A DNA stretch of 49,103 nt, the filler included, from Jimgerdemannia flammicorona (Eukaryota), in the NCBI GenBank assembly GCA_003990765.1. It is 2 parts of 2 records of this genome, joined end to end, with 100 filler letters (N's around TTAATTAATTAA, not from the genome) between each part and the next. Parts side by side here need not be neighbours in the genome. Positions count along the whole stretch, not along the records: positions 24,609 to 49,103 come from RBNJ01000969.1; 1 more part is not named here. One strand, written 5' to 3'. Below, one piece after another: positions 25,067 to 38,979 of this stretch. A program made the translations under genes and the position numbers. Below the pieces are notes generated by a model. The model was not told where the DNA came from. It saw nothing but the letters and a program-made list of their open reading frames with translations, and made no database searches. Numbering within the stretch: position 1 is the first letter of the stretch; the number at the start of each line of letters is the position of its first letter.

Positions 25067-28000
25067 CTACCCTATCCCCATCGGGGGACCCCTCCCTACC
25101 TCTTCACATATAAAGACCACCCTCTCACCAATAACTCCAACTCTCCCACCACTCTGACCACAGATTTTCACCACCAAGCAGTATCTCTGACCCCCCTGCA
25201 GCCCTCAACCAAGCCACCAGCCTGTCAAGGTATCCTCTATAAGGCACTGCCACCATGATAACTGGCTCCCCAAGCTCTGTCACCTCCTCTCCTCAAATAC
25301 AAATAGCCAGTGACTGGTCAGCCCAACCCAAATAGCCAATGCTCAGCCTAGAGTAATCCACTCCTCCCCTACCCCTCCTATCAATCAATCCCTTAGATCC
25401 TCCCACCTCCCCCATACATCATCACCCCTACGCCTTATCCCCAAGCGGTCTCCAATGGCCCGCCAAAAGTCACTCAACACCTTATACTCCCCAAGCCAAT
25501 ATTCTGGCATCTGTACAAATCCCCCTTCCTGTCCTACATTATGATACTCCTTGCAGTCAAAGCAGCCCTCTACAACAAGGTGTCCTGAGCGGAAGTTAAG
25601 CATCACATTCCTCCTCAGCACATGCCACCAGACCACCCAGTACTTCGGCGGCATCCAATTTTTCACCATGGCACTCTAGGTCCAAACCCCCTACTAGTCT
25701 CACTCCTCACCAATTCTGACTTCTTACCAACCACTAGGCCACAGATCCTGGCCTGGTCCCCTTTGGCATTTGATTCTATCACCAATGTTGAACTCCAGTA
25801 AAGGCATGCCTCTCAGAAGAATGCCATCCCATTTCCACATTGCCAGGCTCCAGCCCTCTCCCCCTCATCCCCTTGCTAGCGAATACCAATGCGGTGTGCC
25901 CCCTTAGCTATCCCTCATCAGAAGCCTTTATATCACAGTTGCCCAGTATTCTGAAGCCCAACTAATGAAAGAAGATCACCAGTTAAGCCTCTTGGTGATG
26001 TCTGCCTCTCCCATACCTTCTGCAGCAGGGGAACCCAGCCCCCTCCATACAACTCCACCACCCTCCTAAGCCACCATGCCCTCAAACAGTGTAGTCTTTT
26101 GGGGAAGTCCACCAGCCCAAGACCACCTCTCACCACTGGTAGGGACAGCATCTCCCAACCAATCTGACTCTGTCTGCCAGCCCAAATCCATCCCTTGGCC
26201 ACCTTCACTAATCACTTCACCACCTAGGCTGGGAAGTCCAGATGATAAGCCAAATACCACAGTTTCGGCAGCCAGTATACATTCAAAATCGAGACCCTTC
26301 CCGCCAGAGAGAAATGTCTTCCCCCCCAATCCTGCAAGTCCTCCTCCCAAATTTCAATCCTCTGCTCCCATCACAGCCTGGGCAGAACAGACCCATAGAC
26401 TGACAAATATATGCCCAAGTACCACACTGTCTCTCTGGTGGGGACAATTGTTCCAATAACCTCTCCGCCCACCAGTCTATTGCCCAGCATCATTGTTTCG
26501 CACTTGTGCCAATTCAGCTTTGCCCCAGAGTTCTCCTCATACCACTCCACCGTCTTCTTGAGCTCCTTGACATCCGCAGTTACTCCCAAACCAACCACTA
26601 TGTCATCTGCAAAGGCTCCAACTTTCCAGCCAATTCCATAGATAGAAAGCCCCACAATTCTCCACTGAATACAGTCCATTAGAGGCTCCAAGGAAAGTGC
26701 ATACAAAATGGGGGACAGTGGGTCCCCCTAGGGCACTCCCCTACCCAGAGGGAATGCTACCCCTCTATGCCCATTACACATGAGCGCAGCCCTACTCCTT
26801 TCCAGTAGGCTGACCATCGCCACCTGAAATGGGACCAGAACCCCAATCCTATCCAACACTTTCACCAGCCAGACTTACTGCACCTGATCATAAGCCTTCT
26901 CCTAGTCCAAAAAGACAAGACACCCATCCAGTCCACAGGCTTGAGCACCTTCAATAACTCCATGTATCCAGGCTGTGCCATCTCGAATAAGCCAACCCCC
27001 TATGAAGCCCCTCTGCTCAATACCCACAATTTGCTGGGCCACCTTCTGCAGCCTTGCAACCACCACCTTAGTCACCAACTTTCTGTCCATATCTAGCAAC
27101 ATTATCAGCTGCCAGTTCTTCCAATCCTCTCACCTTCCCTTGTTCTTATAAAGCAGTGTCACCAGCCCAAGATCCTGCTCCCCCACCCATCTCTCTGACT
27201 GCAATATGGAGTCACACAGCACTGTCAACTCTCCCAATATGCCTGGGACTCCAACCATTCGCTTCCAGAAGTCCCAGGGGAGGCCATCCTCCCCAGGCGC
27301 CATACCCGAGGCTGTCGTGGCAAGAACCTGGTAGATCTCATCCTCCTTTATAGGCATCACCAGGTCATCTAATCCCTCAGCTCATAGAGGGTACCAATCT
27401 TCTAATATTTGATCAATGGCTGTAGCATTCGCCCCACCCTCCTTCTCACTCCACAATCCACTCCATCGTGCCTTCAGCATTCCAAGGATATCCTGTACAC
27501 CATGCACTAGTCTACCATCTGAGTCAAGTACCCCTTCCCACCACTGCTGTACCCTCCTCACTCGAAGTGTCCTCATAAGAAACTTGGAAGGCCTCTCCCC
27601 TTCCTCCAGCCCCTGCCAACGAAGCTGTGCCACTAGGTCTTGCACCCTTGACTCTTCCTCTTCCTACAGCACCTGTTGTAGTTCCCCAATCTCCATCTTT
27701 ACCCTTGTTATTCTCCAATCCTCTTCTCCCTCCACTACTGCCAGACTCGCCCACTCCTCCAGAAGCCTAGCCAATCTAGTAGAAGCCCAATGCACTCTCT
27801 GCCTTTGCTGCCTCCCAGCCACTCTGCCAGCCTCACTCCAATACATCCTGGCCATCTCTTTCATTCTCCTCCACCAAACCCCAATTGTGACCCCTTCCTA
27901 CCACCAATTTACCACCTTCATCTGAATGTCTTTTGCCCACTCCTCCCACCAGAACTCGTCATTCAACAAGGAGGAATTCAGGTGCCAATGTCCAGGCCCA

Positions 28001-28712
28001 TCACCACTTCCCCCAAAACACCCCTGTCCCAAAAGGCCCCAGTGATCAGACCATGGACACCATTCTACCTCTAGCACCTTCCAAACATCACGGCCCCAAC
28101 AGTTGGCTGTCAGAATCCAGTCAATTCTTGTCCCCAGACCTCCAGCCCAATGCATATATACCCTCCTGTCCCCCCAGTACTCCCTACCAGCATCCACCAG
28201 CACTCCTAGCCTTTCGACCTCCTCCCATATCACCAGCCCCCCACTCCTGCTCTCAGCACCCCATCCTCCATCAGTTCTATCCAGCCATACATCCTGAACC
28301 ATATTGAAATCTTCTCTAAGTATATCCAACCCAGCTTCAGCAAGGATCCCACTCTCCAGGACCAATCCACATGCTCCCCCCACACAGCAGGGCAGTAATA
28401 GGAGCCAACTGTAACTGGCTCCCAACCTGCACGAATCCACTCACCCCAGACCAGTCTCTCTCCCCAGCTCCTCACATTCTGTATCTCCCCTCTGCCTTTC
28501 CGAACCAGAATCCCAACCTTGCTGTTCCAAATTACCATGCCACCCCATTCCTTAGTCCATTCCATTCTAACAGAATCATCCTCACACCTGACATTCTGCA
28601 AGAGAAAGAGATCGGCCTCCAATCCCTTCAACCAAATAAAAATGTTCCTGTATCTAACTGCACCCCTTAGCCCATTTATGTTCAAAGAAAAAATGTTGGT
28701 TGTACTATTCAT
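25067..28712 (-). pseudogene. LINE-2 ORF2 (APE endonuclease and RT)
   Basis: MNSTTNIFSLNINGLRG, RIDWIL, WSDH, APGEDGLP, AFADD; ends PMGIG*. Confidence 0.95.
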
Positions 28713-28742
28713 AATGAAATATTGTTTGTTTGCAATCAATCT

Positions 28743-30772
28743 CTACTGCTCCATGCCCATCTCCTCCTGTGCCATGTCCAGATTATGTTCAGCCATCACC
28801 TCCTCCTCTTCAGTCCTCTGAGCCTCCAGTCTAGCCAACAGCTCATTCATCTCCTCATCAGCCTTCTCCTCAAACTCCTCTCTGTACTCGATGCAAGCCT
28901 CCTGCCAAAGCTACAACCCATGACACCTGTTCCAACAGTACTCAGCCTTCTCCCCAGTGACAACCACCAACTCTGCCTCCCTCTCCTTGTCCACCTCATA
29001 CCCTTCCTCCTCCAGATACACTGTGAGAATTTCTGCCTTCAGTGCCATCGCCACTCCTTCCCCTTGCAAAATTCTCGCCCAGTGCTCGTCACCCATCCCA
29101 CACAAGTCCACCTCCCCCAGCTCTTCTGCCACCAGGTTGTTCATCATCCGGCACATCCAAAGTAGGTTCCCCACCTCCTTCCCACCTGGGGTTGCCGGCC
29201 TCCCTCCATCCAGCATCGTGGTGTTAGCTCCAGCACTTGCATCCTCATCCCATATCTCCGGGACATCCACCAGTTCCTCCTCCCCAGCCACCACTACCTG
29301 GTCTCCATCCATTACCTCCAAAATGCTGAATTTCACCTGCTGGGTCCCCAGCATCATCACATCCTCCCCAGATTTGTTCCTGGAAGCCGGGCCATGCCTG
29401 ATAAGAGGGGAAGGGGTGGGGGAGTTCTCCCAGACTTCCTCCCAAACCTCCAAGGTGCCATCTACATATGGGTCGCTAATTGTCACCTCTTTTGCCTTCT
29501 CTGTCTTTGCCCCATCATTCTCACTCCTCTCACCAGCCCAGACACTCGCTCCAGCCCCTTCTGTACCTGTCTTCATGCTCATATCCTTCTGTAGTCCACT
29601 CCTCAGTTTAGCCAGCAGATCCTTCTGCCTCTTCCACCTCTGAGCCCTTTCCCACTGCACCTTGTCTACTCGAATCCTCTTTCCATCCACTACCTCCAGA
29701 TGTGTCAACTCCTTGAAAGTCTTCCAGACCTTGGCACACTGTTCCACAGCCCCATCCAGCTCCTTCAGCACTTCCAATAAATCCTCCTCCTCTTCTTCAC
29801 TTCCCTTCACCCATGTCACCTTGTACAGGAATGCACCCCAAACCATCGCTGAAGGCCAGTCCCTCATCTTCCCAGTAGTCTCTTTTCCAGCCAGCCAAAT
29901 CCTCACATCCATGTCCCTAGTCCTGAGTGTGGTCCCTTCCCAGACCCTGAATCCGATATCCACCACCTCACTATACTCCACCATGACATCCTTCACTCTC
30001 TTCCTCGTCTCCATCACCATCACTGTGGGGACCCCTTTCACCAGCAGTTGGACCACCCTCGGATCCCATTTCAAACACCTTGCCATCAGAACATACACCT
30101 CCCCAACCACCAACCTCACCCTCAGTGTCTCCTCCAGCGGTTCGACCTCCTCAAAACCCACTTCCACCCCCTCCAGTCCCTTCAGGAACTTCACTGAAGC
30201 TGCTCCAGCCACCTGCTTAGCGATAAGCCCCAATACCATTTACACTGTCACCACTAAGCCCCGGAAATACAGTGTGACTGCAAATGCCAAGATCGACTTC
30301 TTGAGTAACGGAGCCACCACCAGTCCCATTACACCATCTGCCAGGTCCCCAGGCCTCGTGCCTTCCCACCACTCAGCTCACCATCAGCAGTCCCATCTAG
30401 ATTTTTTTCCAGATCGCCCATCACACCCCCATCAGCAGTCTCTGCCCCAGCTGCTACCCCCCCAGCTCCACCCCTATAGCCCTCCAGAGAGGTACCCCCA
30501 AGAGGTTGCTGCCTGGTAGCCTTCACCGGTACCTTCCCCCCTTGCAGCCAGCTCTCCAGTCCAGCCCCTTGCTGACCCCCCTTCACCTTCTCTACAAAGC
30601 TCACCCTGCCAGACCCTTGACCTCCAGCTCTACCCCCTCCTCCACCATGGCCTCCTGCCAGCAGGCCCCTCATACTTCCCCCCAAGCTGAGGCCTCTCCC
30701 CACTTGTTGCCATTCAAATGCTCCAGGGCCACCCTGCCTAGTATGCACCTCTGGATGCTCATTGGTCACCAT
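28743..30772 (-). pseudogene. LINE-2 ORF1 (frameshifted)
   Basis: A 442-aa open segment collinear with LINE-1 ORF1. Confidence 0.88.
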
Positions 30773-30866
30773 AATACTAGTAGCTTTTCTTCAGAAACTG
30801 TGTCGAAAGTGTTGCCAAAGATTGTGTAACCTGAATGTTACTGGAGAAAGATTGCTCCAGGAAATT

Positions 30867-33800
30867 CCAAAACCCCAATATATATACACAGCCATACTCA
30901 AGTCAAATAAAATAGCTCTTATCACTTTAAAGAGAATGATAGGCAAAGAAAAACTCTCATCAAAGTACATCATGGTAGATAGGACCTAGTTCTCTCAGAT
31001 GAGATGAGTAGAGAACTTATATATAAGGTGAGAGGAGACCCCCAATACTCCACTACTCAAGCCTGCAGGCCTCAATCACATTACCATATCAGCTTCTAGT
31101 TTCAGTTGAGTAGCCAAGATGCCTGAAATAGATAGCCTCAGGCTCCCTGACAATATGGTGAGCTCTATTATACTAGAATCTTCTATAGCACATCATCTGA
31201 CTTCTCTCTAAAGCTACTAGAGAGAGGAGATCCCCAGTCATACCATGGGGGGAGAACTAGGCCCCCCACACTCTCTGCATGAGTGGAACTCACTCACTAC
31301 CTCTCAACTCACTAGTATACTTCAACTACTATGCTTTCAAGCAATGAAGCTACTTGAAAAAATCCACAAAACCCAGGCCTCCCTAGTCTACTGGTAAGGT
31401 CAATATCTCTCAGCCAATCTGACTTTATCACCCTACTCATATCTAGGTTCTAGCCATCTTTAATAATCTTTTGACCACTCATACTAGAAAGTCCAAGTAG
31501 TATCCCAGCTACCATAGCTTAGATATCTAGTATATATTCAGCACAGTCACCCTCTCTACTAGAGATATATATCAATCACCCCACCCCAAGAGAGTACTCT
31601 CCCACTCTACCAACTACTGCTCCTACTATCTGTAAGATAATAAGAAGCCATATATTAAAAAGTAGATTCCCAGGTAGTAAACAGCCTCTCCTGCAGAAAC
31701 AATTATTCCAATTACATCTCTATCTACTATTTCTTCTCCTAACACCAAGGTCTCATACTTATGCCAGTTGAGCTTAGTACCTAAGCATTCCTCATACTAC
31801 TCTACTACCACTATCAGTACTGCCACATTTGCTACTGACCCCAATCTAACTACCTTATTATCAGCAAAGACCCCCACCTTTCAATTAACCCTCAGAATGT
31901 CCAACTTTCTCACCTTTTGTCTTATTTAATCCAAAAGAGACTTTAGAGACAACATATATAGAATTAGTGACAATAGATCCCTCTGTGGCACTCTTCTACC
32001 CAGAGAGAATAAAACCCCCCTATACTCATTTATTATGATTGCTACCTAACTCTCTTCCAGCAGACCAACCAAGGTCTGCCAAACCCCAGGAGGGACTTTT
32101 ATATGCTTTAGCACCTCTTCCAACCACACTTACTAGACCCTATTATAGATCTTCTCTTGATCTAAGAAAACTAGCCTTTCATCTACTCTAGCAGTATGAG
32201 TACTCTCAATAATACTATATATCCAAGCTATCCTATCTTTGATAAGACATCTCTCTATGAATCCTCTCTGCTCAGCTTCCAGAACCCTCTGAGCCACTCT
32301 CTGTAGACTAGCCACTAGTATCTTTATAATTAGTTTGCAATCCAAGCCAGAAGTATGATCAGTCTCTAGTTTTTCCACTTCTTTCTCCTTCTCTTATTCT
32401 TGAACAACAGAGTCACAAGATCCAAGCACTGCTCCCCAATCCATGTCCCTGAGCTAATAACTTCATTGCATATTACTAACATTTCCTCCAGAATCAGCTT
32501 AACACCTTCTATCTTCTTTCAAAAATCCCATAATAAGCTATCTTTCTCAGGAGTTATCCCTGAGCTCATAGTTATCAGTATCCACCAAATCTCCTTCCCT
32601 TAGACAGCAGTACCAAGGTCATCCAAGCCTGCTGCCAGATCAGAGTATCAGTTCTCTAAGTATCTATCAATATCCAGCACTCCCATCCCTCCTTTCTCCT
32701 TATTCTACAATTGTCTCTACTATATACTCAACTGGTCCAAAATCTCCAGAGTACCAATAACCAACTCCCCCACCTCATCCAATATCCTCTCGTATTACTG
32801 CTGTACTCTTCTCATCTATAGAAGGTAAGATAAATACTTTATAGACCTCTCTCTCTCCTCTAGTTCCTATTATCTCAGCTGGACTACTATGTCTTATATC
32901 TGTAGGTCCTCCTTCTATCTCAGCAATCTCTTCAACTCCTCCACCTCCAGCCAGACCTACTGGGCCCTCCAATCTCACTCCTTACCCTTATTCAGCAGAT
33001 CTACCTATGTCACCAGCAACCTCACTAATCTCTAGGAGGCCTACCTCACTCACTTCCTCCTGTAAGTACCATACATCCTTCCAGCCTCTCTTTAGTACTA
33101 TTGTACATCTGATTTCAACTACCTCTAGTGATCCCTAATTAGCAATTTTGCTATTCTCTATCTCAGTATCCTGGTTCTAATGTCTATTACTTATATATCC
33201 TATAAGGAGGTCTTTCTAAACAATAAGATATACAGGTACTAATATCCAGGCCCCTTCCCACTATCCCCAAAACTCCCCTCTCTCAGAAGGCCCCAGTGAT
33301 CAGACCACAGATACCAAACAGTTTCCAAAGATTTTCAGATATTGACTCTCCAGCATTCAGTAGTTAATATCCAGTCAATCCTTAAGCTTAACTCTGCCAC
33401 CCAGTAAGTATAGATTCTATAATCTCCCTATCTAAGTCTCCTAGCATCTACTAAGGAACTCAGATATTTGACTTCCTCTCAGGCTTCTATCCTACTACTT
33501 CTACTAGCCATCACCCTTTCCCTATCAGTCCTATCCACCTTCCTATCTCATATTATGTAAAAGTTATCACTTAGATAGTCAATCTCTATCTCTCCCAATA
33601 CTCCAGATTCCCATAGCCCTTGGATCTATTCTACCCTCTCTTTTCTTTCTGTTGGACAATAATATGATCTAATAGTCAAGAGACTCCAGCCTGACCTCTT
33701 TTAAACTCTCCACACTATCCTACTTTCTCAATGTCCAATATCTCTAATATCTCTCTTGCTTTTTCTAACCAGAATACCTATACACCCCTATCAAATAGCC

Positions 33801-36000
33801 TCACTATCCTACTTCTTTATTTAGTCTAGGCTATCCAAGTCTCTATTATATCTAATATTCTGTAGTAGGAATAAATCTACATCTAGTCCCTTTAGCCAGC
33901 CAAAGATATTTCAACATCTCTCTACACCCTATAGCCTATTGACATTTAAAGAGAAAATTCTAGTTATACTGTTTATATTGAATAATATATTTTCATAGAG
34001 AGCAGCTGTCTACTCTATAATTTCATACTTACTATATCACTTGCAATATCCAGATTCCTCTCTGTCTCTAGCTCATCTGCCTCTCCCTGCTGAGTCTCCA
34101 ATATCTCTAAGATCTCCTAATAATCAGTACCATCTACTGCTTCTATATCTGTCCAGTACTCCTTACATACCATCTGCTATTTCACCAGTCCCTTCCTTGA
34201 GCCTAACAAGTATACAGCCCTTTTGTTTACAATTACTAGAAGTATAGTCTCTCTGATATCATTTACTTAATACATCTCAGCCTCTAGCAAGACAACTATT
34301 ATATCACTCCTGAGTTTCTGTGGCATCTTCTCATCTTACAGGATTTCACTCCAGTATCTCTTACTTAGCACCTGAAAGTCCTCTCCCCCCAGCTCCTTAG
34401 CTATCATATTTATTAATATTTTCCACAGCCACTTCTCTTCATCCACAGCCTCCTTTACTCTCTGGACTACTCCTTTCCCCCCTTCCATCTACCCTCTCTC
34501 TACATTCATCTTAGCTAACTTATTTCAATCCTCCTCCAGTATATCCTACAATTTGTCATCTCTTCCAGCTTCTACTGGTACTCTATACTGAGTGTACTCC
34601 TTCTTACTCATCTTTTTATCTTCTATAATAACACTCTGTCCTGTGCCTCTACTCTTCTCCAGGGTGGTCTTGAGTACTGCTCCTTTCTCCTCTGCTCAGA
34701 TACTTATCCTTAATCCAACTTCTCTAGTAGCAGTCTTCCCCTCTGCCCCTCCACCCAACTTTGCCAACAGCTTCTTCTGAATATACCTCCTCTGTACCCT
34801 CTTCCAGACTGTCTGATCCAGCTATACCTTTTTGCCATTTATGATCTCCACTACTGTCTTGGCCTCAAATTTCTTCCAGGCTGATCTCTGTCTCTCAACA
34901 GCCCCCACCAGATCCTCCAGTACCTCTAGTAAGTCCTCTCTTTCCTCCAGTGTTCCTTTCACTCTTGAGACCTTGCACTCTACTGATCTCCACTTGAGAA
35001 CTGCTGGCCAGTCTCTTGCTTTCTCTGTATTATCCTTGTCTACCAGCTGTACTCTTATATCTATATCTCCTATCCTGTACTCTATGTCTTTTCAGACCTA
35101 AAACCCAATATCTACAATATCTCTATACTTCTTGATTACCTCTACAATCAACCCCTTGACTCTCTCCTTTGATACTATAGGAACATCCAGTACTATTAGT
35201 TATACAACTTGAGAATTCCAGTACAAATGCCTAGTTATAAGGACTGCTACCCCCTCCCTATTACTACTCCCTTCTCCATTGCTTCCAGCAGTATCTCCTC
35301 CTTCTTGAAGTCTACCTCTATCCCTTTCTGACCCTTCAAAAACTTCACTGAGGCTGCTCCTTTTACCTCTTGAACCAGTAGTCCTAGAATCATCCTCATA
35401 ATCACTACTAGGCCCTAGAAGTATAATGTGATGGCAAATTCTAATCTTAATTTTTTAAGTAATAGTGCTGCCACCAGGCCCATTATATTATCTACCAGAT
35501 CTCTGGGCCTCATGCTCACCCTTTGTCCAGATCTACCATTATCTATCATATCTAGATTTTTTGCCAGATTGGCAGTCTTCTTATCATCAGCAGTCCTACT
35601 TCCCCTAGCCACTATTTCCCCAGCCCTACTGCTCTCACTATCAAGAGCCACTTCACCCAACCCTATAGCTCTCACTATCTCTTTACCTTTCCTCAACCAG
35701 TTCTCTAATTCAGTCAATAGATATTCCTCCTTCATCTTGTCAGCAAAGCTCATCCTCCTAGTCCTCTATCTCTTTATAATGCTCCCTTCTCTTTTATATC
35801 CTCTAGTCAGCAGATCCTGTATACTTCCCTCTATATCATGACTTCTCCCCACATACTACTAGTTAAATACACTAGGGCCACTCTGCCCAACATATATCTC
35901 AGAGTACTCATCAGTTGCTATGTTGCTAGTATCTATTCTCCAAAAATAATATCTTGAGTATTATCAGAAGTTTGAATAACCTGAATATTATAAGTATAGT
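30867..36000 (-). mobile_element. Body of LINE-3 (older, more decayed relative of LINE-1/2): ORF1 ~34000-35920, ORF2 from ~33976
   Basis: FSLNVN, WSDH, LVFLDQEKIYNRV, VFADN and GGLGFVDF motifs; 5' end resembles that of LINE-2. Confidence 0.9.
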
Positions 36001-36899
36001 TATTTTTTAAATATAATTACCTAACTCTCCCAAACTAATAACTCTATTTAATCAAAACTATTTAGCTATAGACTTTAGCAGAGATCCAAAATTAGCTTAT
36101 TTGCTAGATTTTATATATAGATCAACTATTTATAATTATTAAGAATAATTAATTATATAATATCTTTAATCTTCTCAAGTATGATCTATATCTGCTGATA
36201 TCTAAGAGACCTATAGGAAGGAGTATAATAATCTCTACTAGAAACTTCAGATAAAATAAGAGTAATACTATACTATTATAATTCTCTTCTCTTCTCTTAA
36301 AAAAATCAACAATCTAATCTCATATCAAATAAATAGAATTTAGTAAGTAGAATTTTTTTTATAATTAATATATAGATGTCTTCCAATACTATTTCATTTC
36401 TGAATATTACTAATTATTAGTTGATATTGATTAGTAGCTTTAATCTCTTACTTTTGACTTTATTAAGCTTGAGGATTCTTATTTGGGAGAAAATATTATA
36501 GATGTTTTTATTATATATATTTATGAGCTTGAGATTATAAGATAAAAGAGAAGAGGGCTTACTATTTTTTAATTAGAGAAATCCAAATAAAAGACTTTTC
36601 TTTTTTTAATATTTTAAACTATTTTTCTATATTTAAATAGACAATCTTTAACAGAAAAAATATCCTTTAATATAGAAAATTACTATATATATTATCAGAT
36701 CTATATACTGAATCTTACTATATAGAATTATCTTATATATATAAATAAAATATCCTGAGATGAAGATGAAATTAGTAGTAAAAATCTGAGTATTGTTTCT
36801 AAGCTGAGTAAACTGATTATGATGGTCTGATCATCTTTATAATAATAAGTCAAATTTACTATATAGTGTAGAAATTGTAAGTGCATAACCTCCAAGTCA

Positions 36900-37250
36900 C
36901 CAAAATCACATATCATCCTCAGAACTAATTTGGAAACCATATGCGAGACTACAAAACAAGTTACTGAAGAGATCATCTGGTTATACAAAATATGCTAGTA
37001 AGTACGAGAACTCACTGCCAAGACACAAGAATACTAGAAGAAGTACTATAACCATAAGACTGACTCTGAACTGCTATAACTAGTTTGATATACTATACTA
37101 TTATAAAAGGAAACCAGAAGTACCAAACTCAAATCGAGACAAGAAGAACCCTATCTCATCCATCAAAAGGTTCATGAACTGTACTTATCAACTCAAGACC
37201 AGGATACTCTACAACTATACAAGACCTCATTACTTAGCAGAAGCAAAATA
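36900..37250 (+). pseudogene. Gypsy fragment E, integrase C-terminus of C/D-like type
   Basis: EEIIWLYKI…KTQEY*KKYYN…KLKSRQEEPYLIHQ…TYQLKT. Confidence 0.7.
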
Positions 37251-37581
37251 TATTTAAATAACTCTATTCACTCTATCTATATCACCTCCATTGGAGAGTG
37301 ATGGATGCTTCATCTGAACTCAAGAAAGCCAACATCATCAAATTCAATCTCAATTTATCCATATGACAGATATTACTACTAAAAATTACCTCAGATTATA
37401 GAAAATATCATTTTTGAGAGGTTCAAACCCCCAGCCATGACATTGAGAGCTCTTGCTCTAGACAAGGATGGCCAGTTCTCACAAATATGCCAGCAGACCA
37501 AAAAAAAAAGAGAACCAAGACCTGTTAACCTTGTGCAACCACCACAACTAAGAATAGTCTCAATCTTGCAAGAGATAGAAG

Positions 37582-38730
37582 TAATGATACCTTGGAAACT
37601 AATGATGTCAGAAGTCAGAAAACTGCTTAGACTTTGCTAACAATGATGTCATCAATAGTGATGTCATCAAAGACTAACCAGACAGTATCTAACCTATAAA
37701 TAGCTTAGCAGTCATAGTATAGTTAGATTAGCCTTGTATGATATAACTGTGAACTGACTCAGTAGTTAGATAATCTCTTAACATATCAGATTATACTTGT
37801 ACTATGTGACTGTATTCTGACTAGTGCTCCCAATGAATCAAATCAAATCAAATTTGGCCCAAACTCAATTCGATTCGATTGAATCAAGGGTCCAATTCAA
37901 TTCAATTCAAATTGAATCAAAGGTCCAATTCAATTTGAAGTTCAATTCAAACCTTAATTTTCAAAATGTAATAACTTGATGTAAACTCATCTAAATTTAA
38001 CATATTTTAGCTTGTTAGATTCACTGTATTAATGTAATTCTAACAAGCTAAAGTACATTAGATTTGGATGAGTGTATGCTGAGTTATTGCATTTTGAAAT
38101 TAGAGTTTGAATCAGACCCTCAATTTAATTCGACTTTTGATTCGATTTGAATTGATTCAAATTGAAAAATCCCCAATTTGATTCGACTCATTTGGGAGCA
38201 CTAATTCCGACTCAGCAAGGTACTAAGTGCTATATCCATATTCAGCATAGTCCAGATAGCCCCTCACTAGTATAAATACCCCCTCCCCCAGACCTCAGAA
38301 TCTCAGATCCAGATACCCAAGAACACTCCTGAATACTTCCCTACAATATTCCTTCACATAACTACTCCTAGTATAGCAATATCATGAATAATGAATAAAC
38401 CTATTTAATAATCCATAAATCACTCTTAAGTAAATCTGCTCTCTGTTAGGTCCCACTCCTAACCCCATCACGAAATTTCCTAATTGGGTATTGTCTGCAG
38501 TGATATACCAATTCAACTAAGCTGGTCTTAGTTTCTTGAACTTTCTGAAATACAGAAAATCCTGAACATCCAGAACTAGTCTGAAAAAGGACTTTGGTTG
38601 AGACATCAACCTGATCTTGAAATCAATAAGTATAGAGGATGTACTCCATATGAAATTGATCTTGACCTTAAGAAAATAGTCTTTCAGAATATCCAGAACT
38701 TCCAGAAAACTCTTCCAGAACTATGTAACA
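37582..38730 (+). repeat. Probable 3' LTR of fragment E, interrupted by a hAT MITE
   Basis: Purine tract at ~37570-37581, TATAAATA at 38271, AATAAA at ~38394, ends tgtaaca; no partner LTR in the window. Confidence 0.5.
37822..38203. mobile_element. Non-autonomous hAT element (MITE), 382 bp
   Basis: TIRs tagtgctccca/tgggagcacta; 8-bp TSD attctgac/attccgac; gaatc/attcg subterminal repeats; internally palindromic. Confidence 0.93.
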
Positions 38731-38979
38731 GTTACCCTAAAAAGCAACCCTCTTACAGAAATATTGGTTTGATATCAAAAATAGATATCTATATATATTG
38801 AAACTTAATATATATAATAATTAAATATATACTGGAGTTTGCTATAGTAGTACTTTTGGATGACTAATATAAATTAGTTTTCAGTCAGCTGAAATATATT
38901 AATTGAATTTAAACCCTTTTTTTTTTTTAAAAAAAAAAACTAATAGATTTTATAGTTACTACTAATAAAAATATATGAA

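Larger units (their letters stand above)
24993..30853 (-). mobile_element. Full-length L1/Tx1-like LINE-2, nested in LINE-3
   Basis: Poly(T) at 24993-25004; 5' and 3' termini homologous to LINE-1; flanking repeat gctccaggaaatt at 24977-24989 and 30854-30866. Confidence 0.94.

Noticed and set aside
28957..30519. Long Ser/Thr/Pro-rich antisense ORFs over LINE ORF1 (also 3410-3757 and 27416-27925)
   Set aside because: Shadow frames expected from the G/purine-rich sense strand; no independent motif.
37596..37625. Hammerhead-like ctaatga…gaaa in the E LTR
   Set aside because: No convincing stem II or cleavage triplet geometry.
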